Source: Myxococcota bacterium (GTDB taxonomy: Bacteria > Myxococcota > Kuafuiibacteriia > Kuafuiibacteriales > Kuafuiibacteriaceae). From it: a stretch of 64,000 bases of DNA. The stretch covers positions 71,932 through 135,931 of the forward strand of contig JBCCQA010000001.1 of assembly GCA_039024635.1 (NCBI GenBank), in the 5' to 3' direction. Below, in pieces: positions 26,884 through 36,753 of this stretch. The notes under the pieces are model-generated. The model was not told the DNA's origin, did no database searches, and saw nothing but the letters and a program-made list of their open reading frames with translations. The translations under genes and the position numbers were made by a program. Positions within the stretch are counted from its first letter, which is position 1, and the number at the start of each line of letters is the position of its first letter.

Positions 26884-28086
26884 TCAGAGCGTGCGTCGAG
26901 GAGGAAACACGGCGCTGGCCAACAAGAGCCCCGAAACGATCCCGGCCGTGATGGTGGCCATCTGCACCGCCCCTCCCAGTCCTGCCAGCGGGTCCTGATC
27001 GAAGAAGGACAAGAAGCTCCGGTAGCCGACACTCCCCGGAACCAAGAGCAAGATCCCAGGCAGCAACACGATGCTGGCCGGCGCCTTTCGGAAGCGGGCG
27101 AAGGCGTTCCCGAGCACGCAAACCAGAAAGGCCGAGAGGAAGCCCGCCAGTTCGGGGCCTAGAGGTTCGGCCGACCAGCGTGCGCTCCAAAAGGCGAGGT
27201 GTACGGCCCCCGCGACCCAACCCGTGAAGCCCAAGGGCACGCGGAACAGGACGACGAGCCCCACGCTGGTGGCGAGCAAGCAGGGGTGGACCACCCAAGC
27301 CGGAAGAGGGAGCGCTTGCTCGGCCTCGACACCGGGACCCAGCAGGCCGACCAGCTTGGACCCGAGGGCGGTTCCGAAGGTCAGCTGACCCAAGGCCATG
27401 AGGGCCGCCGTCAGCCGGGCCGAGCCCGAGGCCAGATTTCGGGTCGCCAGCTCCGACATGGCTACTGTCAGGGTCATGCCGGGCAGCAGGACGATCAGGC
27501 CTGCGATGATGGCCACCGAGGCCCGGTCGACCCATCCCAGCCAGCCCAACAGGCTGCCAAGCGCGGTCACCGAGAAGGCTGCGACGAGCTCGAACATGCG
27601 TCCCCCGGTCGGGCTTCGGGTGAGCGACAGCGCTAAGGTACCGGTTAGGGCGCCCAGACCACCGGCCACCAGCATCTGCAGTCCGTCGCCCCCCAAGAAG
27701 CGAGCCACCGAGGCCGAGATGACGACGAAAGTCAGGACGTCCAGTCCCCCCGAACGACGGCTCGGCTTCTCGAGACGCTCCAAGGCTTCCTCCGCCGCGT
27801 CCAGGCCCGCCTCCGAAGGCTCCAGATGGGTGGCCAAACGGTCTAGCGCCCACATGCGCTCGAGGTCGACCTCCCCTCCTGCCTGAATACGGAGCATGCG
27901 AACCGATTGACGACCCAACGGGCCAAAGGCGCAAAAGAGCGAGGTCGGGGTGCTGAAGAAAGAGGCCTGCAGGGTGAGCCGGGTCGAGGCCTCTTGCAGA
28001 GTGTCCTCCAAGCGATGGGCGGGAGTCTGAAGGTTTTGGAGGGCGCGGCCGATTCGCAGCACCAGCTCGATCGCGCGCTCGTTCAC
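26884..28086 (-). CDS. Threonine/serine exporter family protein (ThrE/YjjP-YjjB fused)
   Basis: DUF1212/DUF3815-like membrane protein. A GTG start overlapping the queG stop (GTGA) is inferred. The long ORF 26884-28428 overlaps queG. Confidence 0.6.
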   Translation of the reverse strand: MNERAIELVLRIGRALQNLQTPAHRLEDTLQEASTRLTLQASFFSTPTSLFCAFGPLGRQSVRMLRIQAGGEVDLERMWALDRLATHLEPSEAGLDAAEEALERLEKPSRRSGGLDVLTFVVISASVARFLGGDGLQMLVAGGLGALTGTLALSLTRSPTGGRMFELVAAFSVTALGSLLGWLGWVDRASVAIIAGLIVLLPGMTLTVAMSELATRNLASGSARLTAALMALGQLTFGTALGSKLVGLLGPGVEAEQALPLPAWVVHPCLLATSVGLVVLFRVPLGFTGWVAGAVHLAFWSARWSAEPLGPELAGFLSAFLVCVLGNAFARFRKAPASIVLLPGILLLVPGSVGYRSFLSFFDQDPLAGLGGAVQMATITAGIVSGLLLASAVFPPRRTL

Positions 28087-28976
28087 CGGAGGATACGGAG
28101 CGCGTTTCGTCGGAGAGCCGACGCGCCGGTGCGCTGGAGCGCCGTACCTCGAATCAGGGCCTCCAGTCTCTCGGGGTCCTGTACGCAGGCTTGGATCGTG
28201 GGCCAAGACAGCTCGCTTTGGGCCTCGAGTTCGGGATCGGCCTCGACCCCGAACTTGTTCCAAGGGCAGACCTCCTGACAAACGTCGCAGCCTGCCAACC
28301 ATCCGTGCAGCTCGGGGAGCGCCTCCACCCCTCGCGTTCTCTCTTCCACGTTCCAGGTGGTGATGCATCGGCGAGCGTCGAGCTCTCTCGGGCCAACGAA
28401 GGCCTGGGTAGGGCACGCGTCCAAGCATCGAGTACAGCTGCCGCAGCGATCGGGCATGGGCTCGTCGGCTTCGAAGCCCACGTCGGTGATCAACGTTCCG
28501 AGGAAACTATAGGTTCCAAGACGAGGACTGATGGCCATGCAGGACTTACCGATCCAGGCGATGCCGGCTCGAGCTGCCCAGGCCCGCTCCAAGACGGGAG
28601 ATGTATCCACGCTGGGCTTGACGGCGGCCTCCGGGAAGGCCTCGAGGATGGACTTCCGCAGCTTCCTCAGCCGCTTTCGCAACACCTTGTGGTAGTCCCG
28701 CGCGGTCACATATCGGCTGACTTTCAGCGGGCCTCGAGGCGGTGCCTCTCGACGATAGCTCATGGCGAGGGCGACGACGCTCCGTGCCCCAGGGACCACG
28801 CGTTCGACATCCTCTCGTTCCGCGACGTTGCGCGCCATGTAGTCCATGGGCCCGTGACGCTCTCGGGCCAGCCAGTCCCGAAGCCGGCCCTCTGGGTCCG
28901 CCGGGCCGGCGCGCGCGATGCCGCAGGCGTCGAAGCCGAGCTCGGCGGCACGGGCTTTGAGGGCGCGAGCGTCCAC
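28083..28976 (-). CDS. queG: Epoxyqueuosine reductase QueG (short form)
   Basis: 4Fe-4S ferredoxin motif 'CGSCTRCLDACPTQAF' and a conserved QueG N-domain. 297 aa. Confidence 0.75.
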   Translation of the reverse strand: MDARALKARAAELGFDACGIARAGPADPEGRLRDWLARERHGPMDYMARNVAEREDVERVVPGARSVVALAMSYRREAPPRGPLKVSRYVTARDYHKVLRKRLRKLRKSILEAFPEAAVKPSVDTSPVLERAWAARAGIAWIGKSCMAISPRLGTYSFLGTLITDVGFEADEPMPDRCGSCTRCLDACPTQAFVGPRELDARRCITTWNVEERTRGVEALPELHGWLAGCDVCQEVCPWNKFGVEADPELEAQSELSWPTIQACVQDPERLEALIRGTALQRTGASALRRNALRILR

Positions 28977-29028
28977 TCAGGCCACGTTGGCCTTTGCCCG
29001 GGCCGGGAGCAAGGCTAGTGACCGTACT

Positions 29029-29850
29029 ATGGACGTTCAGACCGAGGACGGGCTTCGCCTCCACGTGATCCGCAGTGAGGCTGAGGATCCGCAGGGGGAG
29101 GTGCTTCTCGTCCACGGCTACGGCGAGCACTCCGGACGATACGCCGAGGTGGCCGAAAGCTGGACTCGGCGGGGCCTGTCCGTAACCGCCTTCGACCTGC
29201 GGGGGCACGGTCGGAGCGAGGGGCCGCGGGGACACGTCGACCGTTTCGAAGACTACCATCGGGACCTGGACGCGGTCTCGGACTTCGTGCGGACCCAGTC
29301 GGAGCACCGCCCATTCCTATTCGGTCATTCGATGGGGGGCCTCCTGTCCCTCCACTTTCTCGTCCAGCGAGGCGTCGAGGCGTGGCGCGGGCTGGCCCTG
29401 TCTTCGCCCTACGTCGGCTTGGAGCTCGAGGTCCCGGCTTGGAAGGTCGCCATGGGTCGAGTCCTGAACCACGTCACTCCGAGCCTGGGACTGGCCACTG
29501 ACTTGAAGGGAGCGCAGGTGGCCTCGGACCCCGAGATAGCCGCCCGCTACGACATCGACCCGCTCAACAACAAGAAGGCCACGGTGCGCTGGTTCCAGGA
29601 GAGCCAGCGGGCGATGGAGGAGGTCTTCGCGGGCGCATCAGAGCTCGATATCCAGACCCTCTTGCTCTTCGCAGGGGGCGACGTCGTGGCGAGCCCAGCC
29701 GCAAGTCGAAGGCTGGCCCAAGCCTTACCCTCGGTCGAGGCCGAGGAGCTGGCGGGACTCCAGCACGAGATCCTGAACGAGCCGAAGCCGACCCGAGAGG
29801 GACTGATCGAACGCTACGCGGACTGGTTCCTGGCCCGAGTCGCGTCGTGA
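29029..29850 (+). CDS. Alpha/beta hydrolase (lysophospholipase/monoacylglycerol lipase-like)
   Basis: 'LLVHGYGEHSGRY' and the GxSxG nucleophile 'GHSMGG'. ATG at 29029. Confidence 0.75.
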   Translation: MDVQTEDGLRLHVIRSEAEDPQGEVLLVHGYGEHSGRYAEVAESWTRRGLSVTAFDLRGHGRSEGPRGHVDRFEDYHRDLDAVSDFVRTQSEHRPFLFGHSMGGLLSLHFLVQRGVEAWRGLALSSPYVGLELEVPAWKVAMGRVLNHVTPSLGLATDLKGAQVASDPEIAARYDIDPLNNKKATVRWFQESQRAMEEVFAGASELDIQTLLLFAGGDVVASPAASRRLAQALPSVEAEELAGLQHEILNEPKPTREGLIERYADWFLARVAS

Positions 29851-32453
29851 GTAGCGCTCGCCAGACGCCGATGATGCAGCAGTATCTCGGCGTGAAGGCG
29901 CAGTACGCCGACGCCATCGTCCTTTTCCGGATGGGGGACTTCTTCGAGACCTTCTTCGAGGACGCCGAGACCTGCTCCCGACTGCTCGGCATCACCCTCA
30001 CCGCCCGCAGCAAGGAGAAAGACGTTCCGATGGCTGGGGTTCCTCATCACGCCATCGATAGCTACCTCTCCCGACTGATCGAGCTGGGCCGGAAGGTCGT
30101 CCTCGTCGACCAGGTCGAGGACCCGAAGAAGGCCAAGGGCTTGGTGCGTCGAGCCGTGACCCGGGTCCTGACGCCAGGGACCTTCTTGGATCCTCGAGCC
30201 GCTCCCCGGCAGGAAGCGCCTCTCGCCGCCGCCTGTCGAGGGCCGGGCAAAGGGGCGCGTATCGGACTCGCGGTGCTCGAGCTATCGACGGGACAGTTCG
30301 TCGCGACATCGGTCAGTGACTCGGACGCCCTCAACGAAGAGCTGGGTCGCCTCGGCGTCAAAGAGCTCATCGGTGAGGAGGGCGAGGATTGGGTCTCCCC
30401 TGTGCCCTATTCTCCCCGGCCGCTGCGCGACCGCGTCGGCGCGCGGGATCGCTTGGAGACTCAGTTTGGTGCCGATGAGTTCAAGGGCCTGGAGCTCGCC
30501 TTGTCCTCCGAGGCCATCGATGCGGCGGGCATGATCTTGGGCTACGTCGACGCCACCCAGCTCCTACCCGAAGCGCAAGACCTGACGGGGCGCGCGACTC
30601 TCGATCACGTGGGCCGCCTGGTGCCCTACGTCGCGAGTGGCGGCTTGGTGCTGGACGGTCTCACTCGCGAGCATCTCGAACTCTTCAAGGCCCGCGGCGA
30701 AGGGAGCCAGTCCTTTCTGGACTGCATCGACGAGACGAAGAGTCCCGCCGGCGCTCGACGCCTCCGGACCTGGCTTGCCCGGCCCCTCGACGACCTCGAA
30801 GCCATTGCTCGACGGGCCGACGCCGTTCAAAGGCTCTCTGCCCATCCTTCGGTCCTGGACGGCGCTCGTGAGGCCAGCGCGCGCATGCCTGACTTGGAGC
30901 GGCTTCTGGCCCGGGTCGCCCTGGGCCGCGCCCATCCCAAAGAGCTTCGAGCTTTGGCCAACGGCCTCCAGGCGGCGGGTAGTCTGCTGGACGCGCTGCG
31001 TCCCGTTCTGCTGGACGGCCTGGTTGGAGGGGGAGGGCGACTTCAGCAGCTGGTCGAGGTCGACCGAGTTGCCGACGTTCTCGGACGCTTGGACGAGGCT
31101 TTGGAGGAAGCGCCCCCCATCGATCCCGCCGAGCCCGGCGTATTCCGACCGGGATGGGACCCGGAGCTGGATAGGGCCTCCGAGCTGTCCTTCCAAGGCA
31201 AGCGTCTCATCGCCGAACTCGAGGCGAAGGAGAAGGCGGAGACGGGCATCAGTTCCTTGAAGGTTCGGCACAACAAGGTCTTCGGCTACTACATCGAAGT
31301 GACGAAATCCAACTTGCACATGGTTCCGGATCGCTTCATCCGCAAGCAAACCACGGTCAATGCTGAGCGTTTCTTCACCGAGGAGCTCAAGAAGCTGGAG
31401 GACGAGGTGAGTCACGCCGAGGAGCGTCGTCAGACCCGAGCGTGGGAGCTGTTTCGCAGCTTGATGTCGGAGCTTGCACCCGAAATACCTCGGACCCGCG
31501 CCCTGATCGACGCAGCGGCCGAGGCCGACGTTTTGAGCGGACTCGCGTGGCTGGCCGAGACCCGAGGATGGTCTCGTCCCCGGTGTGTCGAAGAGGACGT
31601 GATCGATATCCAAGAAGGGCGGCACCCCGTTCTAGAGGCGATGTCGGACAAGCTCGGTGAGCGCTTCGTTCCCAACGACATCCGGCTGGACGCGTCGGAG
31701 CGCTTGCTGGTGATCACCGGACCCAACATGGCGGGCAAGAGCACGGTGATGCGCCAGACCGCCTTGATCGTCATTCTGGCCCACATGGGCTCTTTCGTCC
31801 CGGCCAAGAGCGCGACCGTGGGGAGAGTGGACCGAGTCTTCACGAGAGTGGGGGCGGGTGACGAACTCTCCAAGGGGCGGTCGACCTTCATGGTCGAGAT
31901 GAACGAGACCGCCAACATCCTCCGGGCGGCGAGCGAGCGTTCCCTCGTGCTGTTGGACGAGATCGGTCGCGGTACCAGTACATTCGACGGCCTTTCCATC
32001 GCCTGGGCCGTCGCCGAGCATCTTCACGACGTGGTGGGCGCCAAGACGCTTTTTGCCACCCACTACCACGAGCTGACGGAAATCGGCCGAACGCGAGCCC
32101 GGGCCGGGAATCGACACGTGGTGGTCAAAGAGCGGGCGGACGGCATCATTTTCCTGCGAAAGCTCGAAGAAGGTGGCGCCAACCGCAGCTATGGGGTCCA
32201 GGTTGCCCGCTTGGCCGGCCTCCCCACGCCAGTCGTGAAGCGGGCCCGGGCGCTGCTGGAGCGACTGGAGCGCGGGGAACGGCTGGGACCTTCCGATCAA
32301 TTGGAGCTGTTCGGACCTCGCGCTGACCCAACGGGGGAGCCCGAAGACGATGTCCGCCAGCGGCTCCTCGCCCTCGACCTCGACGAGATCAGTCCCCGTG
32401 AGGCCTATCGCTTCCTAGCCGAACTGCAGGACGACCTGCGCGAAGGCGGATGA
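29847..32453 (+). CDS. mutS: DNA mismatch repair protein MutS
   Basis: 868 aa. Walker A 'GPNMAGKST' and the mismatch-binding N-terminus 'TPMMQQYLGVKAQYADAIVLFRMGDFFE'. GTGA overlap with the upstream gene. Confidence 0.95.
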   Translation: MSSARQTPMMQQYLGVKAQYADAIVLFRMGDFFETFFEDAETCSRLLGITLTARSKEKDVPMAGVPHHAIDSYLSRLIELGRKVVLVDQVEDPKKAKGLVRRAVTRVLTPGTFLDPRAAPRQEAPLAAACRGPGKGARIGLAVLELSTGQFVATSVSDSDALNEELGRLGVKELIGEEGEDWVSPVPYSPRPLRDRVGARDRLETQFGADEFKGLELALSSEAIDAAGMILGYVDATQLLPEAQDLTGRATLDHVGRLVPYVASGGLVLDGLTREHLELFKARGEGSQSFLDCIDETKSPAGARRLRTWLARPLDDLEAIARRADAVQRLSAHPSVLDGAREASARMPDLERLLARVALGRAHPKELRALANGLQAAGSLLDALRPVLLDGLVGGGGRLQQLVEVDRVADVLGRLDEALEEAPPIDPAEPGVFRPGWDPELDRASELSFQGKRLIAELEAKEKAETGISSLKVRHNKVFGYYIEVTKSNLHMVPDRFIRKQTTVNAERFFTEELKKLEDEVSHAEERRQTRAWELFRSLMSELAPEIPRTRALIDAAAEADVLSGLAWLAETRGWSRPRCVEEDVIDIQEGRHPVLEAMSDKLGERFVPNDIRLDASERLLVITGPNMAGKSTVMRQTALIVILAHMGSFVPAKSATVGRVDRVFTRVGAGDELSKGRSTFMVEMNETANILRAASERSLVLLDEIGRGTSTFDGLSIAWAVAEHLHDVVGAKTLFATHYHELTEIGRTRARAGNRHVVVKERADGIIFLRKLEEGGANRSYGVQVARLAGLPTPVVKRARALLERLERGERLGPSDQLELFGPRADPTGEPEDDVRQRLLALDLDEISPREAYRFLAELQDDLREGG

Positions 32454-32500
32454 GCCGGTCAAAAAGTTGCGCCCGGGATCCCTCGTTTTAGGATCGCTGC

Positions 32501-33637
32501 GTGCTCGTCCTGTTTCTCAGCTTGGCTGCGTCTCCGCTCATGGATCGTGCTGTCGCTGCCGACTCGGCCTTGGAGCGTTCGGAGCCCTCTTTACGTCAGC
32601 GCCATCGGCACATCCGCGTCATCAAGCTTTGGCAGACCGTCGCGTTTCGAGGACCCGAAGAGGAGCGATGCAGCGCCAAGACCCAGGAAGCCCGAGCTTG
32701 GACGCGTTTGGCCCACTGGTCCGGAAGCGCAGCCGACAGAAGACGAGCCCGGCAGGTGCAGGCAGGATTGTGTGTTCAGGGGACGCCGGCCACGACCCAG
32801 AGTGCGCCCTCGGTGGAGTCTTCAGCGGCCGTGACCGCGCCGCCAGGAGCGCCCACCATCGTTCTCGACCCGGGCCACGGAGGGGAAGAGAAGGGGGCTC
32901 GAGGTCCGGGAGGCTTATGGGAGAAGGACTACAACCTCGACGTCGCTCAGCGGCTTCGAAGGCTCCTAGAGGGTCGCTACCACGTGCTGATGACCCGACA
33001 GGACGACAGCACGGTAGGCTTGGCCGAGCGGGTTCAAGTCGCCAACCGCTCCGAGGCGGTGCTCTTTGTCTCCATCCACGGCAACGCCCACAGTCAACGC
33101 CGCTTTCACGGTATCGAGACCTACGTTTTGGACGTGGAGGCCCGCAGATTCGAAGGCCGCCTCGAGGACCGTGAGGCCCGACTCCGCCGTCCAGAGTACC
33201 CGACCGAAACGCCCGAACACATTCGGGACGTGGAGCTTCTGTTGGCCAGCATGGCGATGAGGGAGGCAACGCGTCGCTCCGAGCATCTCGCCCAGGCAGT
33301 CCAGGAAGAGGTCGTGCATGCGTTGCGGAAAGACGTGGGGCCGATCCGAAGTCTGGGACTGCGGCGCGCCCTTTTCCACGTTTTGCTCGGTGCTCGAATG
33401 CCCGCAGTCCTGGTCGAGAGCGGCTTCCTCAGCCATCCAGTCGAGGGACGCCGCATGATGCAAGACACATGGCGGACGGCGGTGGCTCAGGGTCTTGCCC
33501 GGGGAATCGATGCCTATTTCACAGGCCGCGAGGCTCCGGACGGAGGTGGGTACCTTGCCCACCTGGTCCCAGAAATAAGTGCTTCGATGACGCATTCCAT
33601 TTCAGGTTCGCGAGGGAAGTCCGAATCAGCGAAATGA
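32501..33637 (+). CDS. N-acetylmuramoyl-L-alanine amidase (Amidase_3, AmiC-like)
   Basis: Signal peptide then the Amidase_3 core (IVLDPGHGG...FVSIHGNA...). 378 aa. Confidence 0.75.
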   Translation: MLVLFLSLAASPLMDRAVAADSALERSEPSLRQRHRHIRVIKLWQTVAFRGPEEERCSAKTQEARAWTRLAHWSGSAADRRRARQVQAGLCVQGTPATTQSAPSVESSAAVTAPPGAPTIVLDPGHGGEEKGARGPGGLWEKDYNLDVAQRLRRLLEGRYHVLMTRQDDSTVGLAERVQVANRSEAVLFVSIHGNAHSQRRFHGIETYVLDVEARRFEGRLEDREARLRRPEYPTETPEHIRDVELLLASMAMREATRRSEHLAQAVQEEVVHALRKDVGPIRSLGLRRALFHVLLGARMPAVLVESGFLSHPVEGRRMMQDTWRTAVAQGLARGIDAYFTGREAPDGGGYLAHLVPEISASMTHSISGSRGKSESAK

Positions 33638-33638
33638 G

Positions 33639-34376
33639 ATGACTGCAATCGTTCCACGGGTCGGTTATGGTCCGCACGAGGTGTCGGACGCTCGTTTGTC
33701 TTCTCCGGTCGCGTCGGTGCTCGAGGGTCACGGCGTTTCGACCGAGCCGCATGTCGAACTCTTCGACTGCGCAGAGCTGCGTGATGTACTGCACGGCCTG
33801 GTGGGTCCGGGCTGCGTGCACGAGCACTCCGACTCGGGCTCCGTCGCCTCGGCGGTCCGAGCCCATCGCGTCACGGTCGTCGTCACCCACGCCCGCGGCA
33901 TTTCCGAACTCATGCGCAACCTGAGCGTGGAGAGTGCACCGGTGGGCCTCATCGTCTACGACCCCAACGGGCACGATAGCAACTCGGCCGCCCTCCGCGC
34001 CCAAGGCGTCATGGACGTGCTGACCGATCGCCTGCCTGAGACTTGGGCAGACGTCCTGACCAGGGCTTTCGATTTTCGAGCCCTGTTGATGCTCGAGCTC
34101 GACCATCGTTGTGAGTCCAAACGCCTGTCCCAGCGGGAGCTGGAACTCTTGGGCGAGCCCCCCGAGAGTTTGTCCGACGATCTCGACTCGTTTCAGCCAC
34201 CCCCGCTCCCGGTCGGACCGATGTCCGTCCACGACCTGGAGAGCGCCAGTGACGCGTTCGAAACGGCGTACATCGAGCGGGTCCAGCACCTCTGCAACAG
34301 CGCCAGGGAGGCCGCTCAGGTGCTGGGCGTGTCCCCCGCTACTTTATCGAGACGCCAGCGAAGAGATATCGAATGA
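33639..34376 (+). CDS. Fis-family HTH regulator with N-terminal pseudo-receiver-like domain (no AAA+ domain)
   Basis: C-terminal Fis-type HTH 'AREAAQVLGVSPATLSRRQ'. 245 aa. Directly upstream of a paralog. Confidence 0.5.
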   Translation: MTAIVPRVGYGPHEVSDARLSSPVASVLEGHGVSTEPHVELFDCAELRDVLHGLVGPGCVHEHSDSGSVASAVRAHRVTVVVTHARGISELMRNLSVESAPVGLIVYDPNGHDSNSAALRAQGVMDVLTDRLPETWADVLTRAFDFRALLMLELDHRCESKRLSQRELELLGEPPESLSDDLDSFQPPPLPVGPMSVHDLESASDAFETAYIERVQHLCNSAREAAQVLGVSPATLSRRQRRDIE

Positions 34377-35053
34377 AACGAAACATGCCTCGGGGGGCCG
34401 TGATCGCGGTCCTCGACCGAGGAGACCTGAGCGACGACCTGGAGTCCTGGAGCGCAAAGCGCGGTGTCGGACTCGACCTTCGGACCTTTACTTCAGCGCT
34501 GGAGTTGACCGGTGACGGCGGCCCCAGAAGTCTGGACGGCCTGGCCATCACCGTGGCGGCGGCCGGCCCTTTTCTGCCCGAGGTCCTTCGATGGGCGGAC
34601 AGCCAGCTTTCGGACCGGATGCCGACCCTGCTGTTTGGAAGCGGGAAAGAGATTGAAGACGACGTGGCCACCCGCCAGATCTTGGGTCGAGAGCAGATCA
34701 CTTGGTTGCCCTCGGGCGCGGCCCGAGACGACCTGGACCGCTGGTTGATCTTGGCTTTGGAGGTCAAAGAGCTCCGGGCCTTTCGGCGCCAGCACGATCA
34801 GATCGCCCACAGCTTGCGTCGGGCCCGCATGCAGCTCTTCCACGGCCACGACCTCGACATGGAGCCGCCTGAAGGCCCGCCTTGTGGCCCGCCCCTCCCC
34901 ACCACCCTGGAGGAGGTTGAACCCTTGAAGGAGGCCCGGGCTCGGTTCGAGCGGGCCCACATCCAAGCTGTCATTCGGGAACAGGAGAGCTTGAAGGAGG
35001 CGTCGGTCGCCCTCGGGATCTCCTACACCTCTCTTTGGCGACGCCTACGATAA
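34373..35053 (+). CDS. Fis-family HTH regulator with REC-like N-terminal domain (paralog of preceding gene)
   Basis: C-terminal 'LKEASVALGISYTSLWRRL' and a REC-like N-terminus (VIAVLDRGD...LLFGSGKE). ATGA overlap with the upstream gene. Confidence 0.5.
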   Translation: MKRNMPRGAVIAVLDRGDLSDDLESWSAKRGVGLDLRTFTSALELTGDGGPRSLDGLAITVAAAGPFLPEVLRWADSQLSDRMPTLLFGSGKEIEDDVATRQILGREQITWLPSGAARDDLDRWLILALEVKELRAFRRQHDQIAHSLRRARMQLFHGHDLDMEPPEGPPCGPPLPTTLEEVEPLKEARARFERAHIQAVIREQESLKEASVALGISYTSLWRRLR

Positions 35054-35620
35054 TCCGCCGTCCCCCGTCGACACGATGAGCATGGGGTTGATGCCGGCCT
35101 TGGCCAGGGCCGTGTTCCAGCGATCATCGCTCGGAGTTTCGAAGACCACGGACTCGTCGAGCTCGACGGGAATCCACGAGCCGGCCTGGATTTCGGCGTC
35201 CAGCTGACCGCCGCCCCAGCCTGCGTAGCCCAGCACCAACATATGGGCTGGCGCCGCCGGTTGTTCGCTCAGACGGGCCAAGCGGTCCCGACTGGGACTC
35301 ACCCTGATGCTGTCGGCTACCTGGATCGTGACCTCGTCCTCGGGAGCATAGCGACCCTGTGGCGCCCCGTAGACGATCCACCCGGTCTCTGGCGACACGG
35401 GACCTCCGACCATGACGGGGACCTCGGGCGCGGTGTCGGCGGCGTCCGGGTTCAGCTCTCGTACGACCCGGGAGAACTCAATTTGGGCCGGCCGATTCAC
35501 CACGAAGCCCAAGGAACGATCAGGGCCATGCTCCACCAGGAGAACCACAGTGCGCATGAAATTCGGGTCCTGGAGAGCAGGCGACGCGACCAAGAAGCCC
35601 GGTGCAAGGGACGAGGCCAT
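35045..35620 (-). CDS. yqgE: YqgE/AlgH family protein (UPF0301)
   Basis: 'MASSLAPGFLVASPALQDPNFMRTVVLLVEHGPDRSLGFVVNRP' matches the YqgE N-terminus. Start at 35620 is inferred. Confidence 0.75.
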   Translation of the reverse strand: MASSLAPGFLVASPALQDPNFMRTVVLLVEHGPDRSLGFVVNRPAQIEFSRVVRELNPDAADTAPEVPVMVGGPVSPETGWIVYGAPQGRYAPEDEVTIQVADSIRVSPSRDRLARLSEQPAAPAHMLVLGYAGWGGGQLDAEIQAGSWIPVELDESVVFETPSDDRWNTALAKAGINPMLIVSTGDGGLS

Positions 35621-35711
35621 GGGAGAAGGGTGGCACCCGGTGGCGCGGGGAGCGAGCCATATCGACTCGCCCACTCAGCATCTTCGGGTCTCGCCCGATG
35701 ATCCCACCGAC

Positions 35712-36728
35712 GTGCCGCGATCGCGACGAGCCACGGACCTGACCCGGCCTTCGATCCTGCTGGTCGAAGACGACCGGACAAGCCGGCTCACCCTCGCTCG
35801 GCACCTGGAGAAGCAGGACTACGAGGTCACCGCGGTCGGGACTGGCGAAGAGGGGCTCGAGGCCCTGATGGCCGGCGCTCATCGGATCGTGCTCCTCGAC
35901 CTCGGGCTTCCCGGGATGAACGGGACGGAAGTCTGTCGGCGCATCCGCCTCGCCGAACAAGACATCTACACCTACATCGTCATCCTGACCGGCAGCGAAG
36001 GCGAGGACTCCCTCATCGAGGCCTTCGAATCGGGGGCCGACGACTACATGACCAAACCCTTCAAGAAGCAGGAGCTGTCGGCTCGGCTCCGGGTCGGCGA
36101 ACGCCTCCTCCGTTTCCACGCTCGGATGAAGGAGTCGGAGCGACGAATCAAGGAGCTGGCCCGGCTCGACGGGCTGACGGGTGTGTTCAATCGAGCCGCA
36201 CTTGACGAGCGGGTCGCAGCCAAGCTGCGTGACGCCAAGGTCGGCGGAGGCCCGGTCGGCTACCTCATGGTCGACATCGACTTCTTCAAGAGAATCAACG
36301 ACACGTTCGGCCACCAAGCCGGTGATGAGGTGTTGCGCGAGGTGGCTCGTCGCCTCAAGGCCTCGGTCCGGACCGAAGACGACGTCGGTCGCTACGGCGG
36401 TGAAGAATTCGGGGTCGTTCTGTTCGGCGCCAACGCGCAGGCCATCCGCGCAGTCTCCACTCGGGTCTGGGGCGCGCTTCGCGAAGCGCCCATCGAATGG
36501 GAAGGTCACTCCATCTCCATCACGGCAAGCATCGGGGCCCACTTCAGCGATGCCGGTGGCCCGGTGAGCGCCCTCTACGCCAACGCCGATGCCGCCCTCT
36601 ACCGAGCAAAGCGGACCGGCCGAGACCGGGTGGTTTTCCTGGATGAGGCGGAAGAATTCGTCGAGCTGGTGGTCCGAGATCCAGGCGAGTCTGGATCAAA
36701 CCCTCCGGCTGTAGCAGTCGGGAGCTGA
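35712..36728 (+). CDS. Response regulator receiver + GGDEF diguanylate cyclase (PleD-like); 5' end uncertain
   Basis: REC (ILLVEDD...VLLDLGLPGMNG...KPF). GGDEF with an active 'GGEEF' and an RxxD I-site (RTED). In-frame ATG 35619 overlaps the yqgE start; GTG 35640 and 35712 are alternatives. Confidence 0.7.
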   Translation: MPRSRRATDLTRPSILLVEDDRTSRLTLARHLEKQDYEVTAVGTGEEGLEALMAGAHRIVLLDLGLPGMNGTEVCRRIRLAEQDIYTYIVILTGSEGEDSLIEAFESGADDYMTKPFKKQELSARLRVGERLLRFHARMKESERRIKELARLDGLTGVFNRAALDERVAAKLRDAKVGGGPVGYLMVDIDFFKRINDTFGHQAGDEVLREVARRLKASVRTEDDVGRYGGEEFGVVLFGANAQAIRAVSTRVWGALREAPIEWEGHSISITASIGAHFSDAGGPVSALYANADAALYRAKRTGRDRVVFLDEAEEFVELVVRDPGESGSNPPAVAVGS

Positions 36729-36753
36729 CGGGCGGCCGAGCCGCCATCGGCTC

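Noticed and set aside
26696-27934. 412-aa minus-strand ORF in a different frame from the ThrE-like gene
   Set aside because: Same-strand alternative frame of the membrane-protein gene. Arg/Gly-rich, and the ThrE-like frame has family support.
35631-35646. Sigma-54-like TGGCAC-N5-TGGCG
   Set aside because: The -12 element is CG rather than GC at the critical positions, and the site lies inside the probable 5' region of the GGDEF gene.
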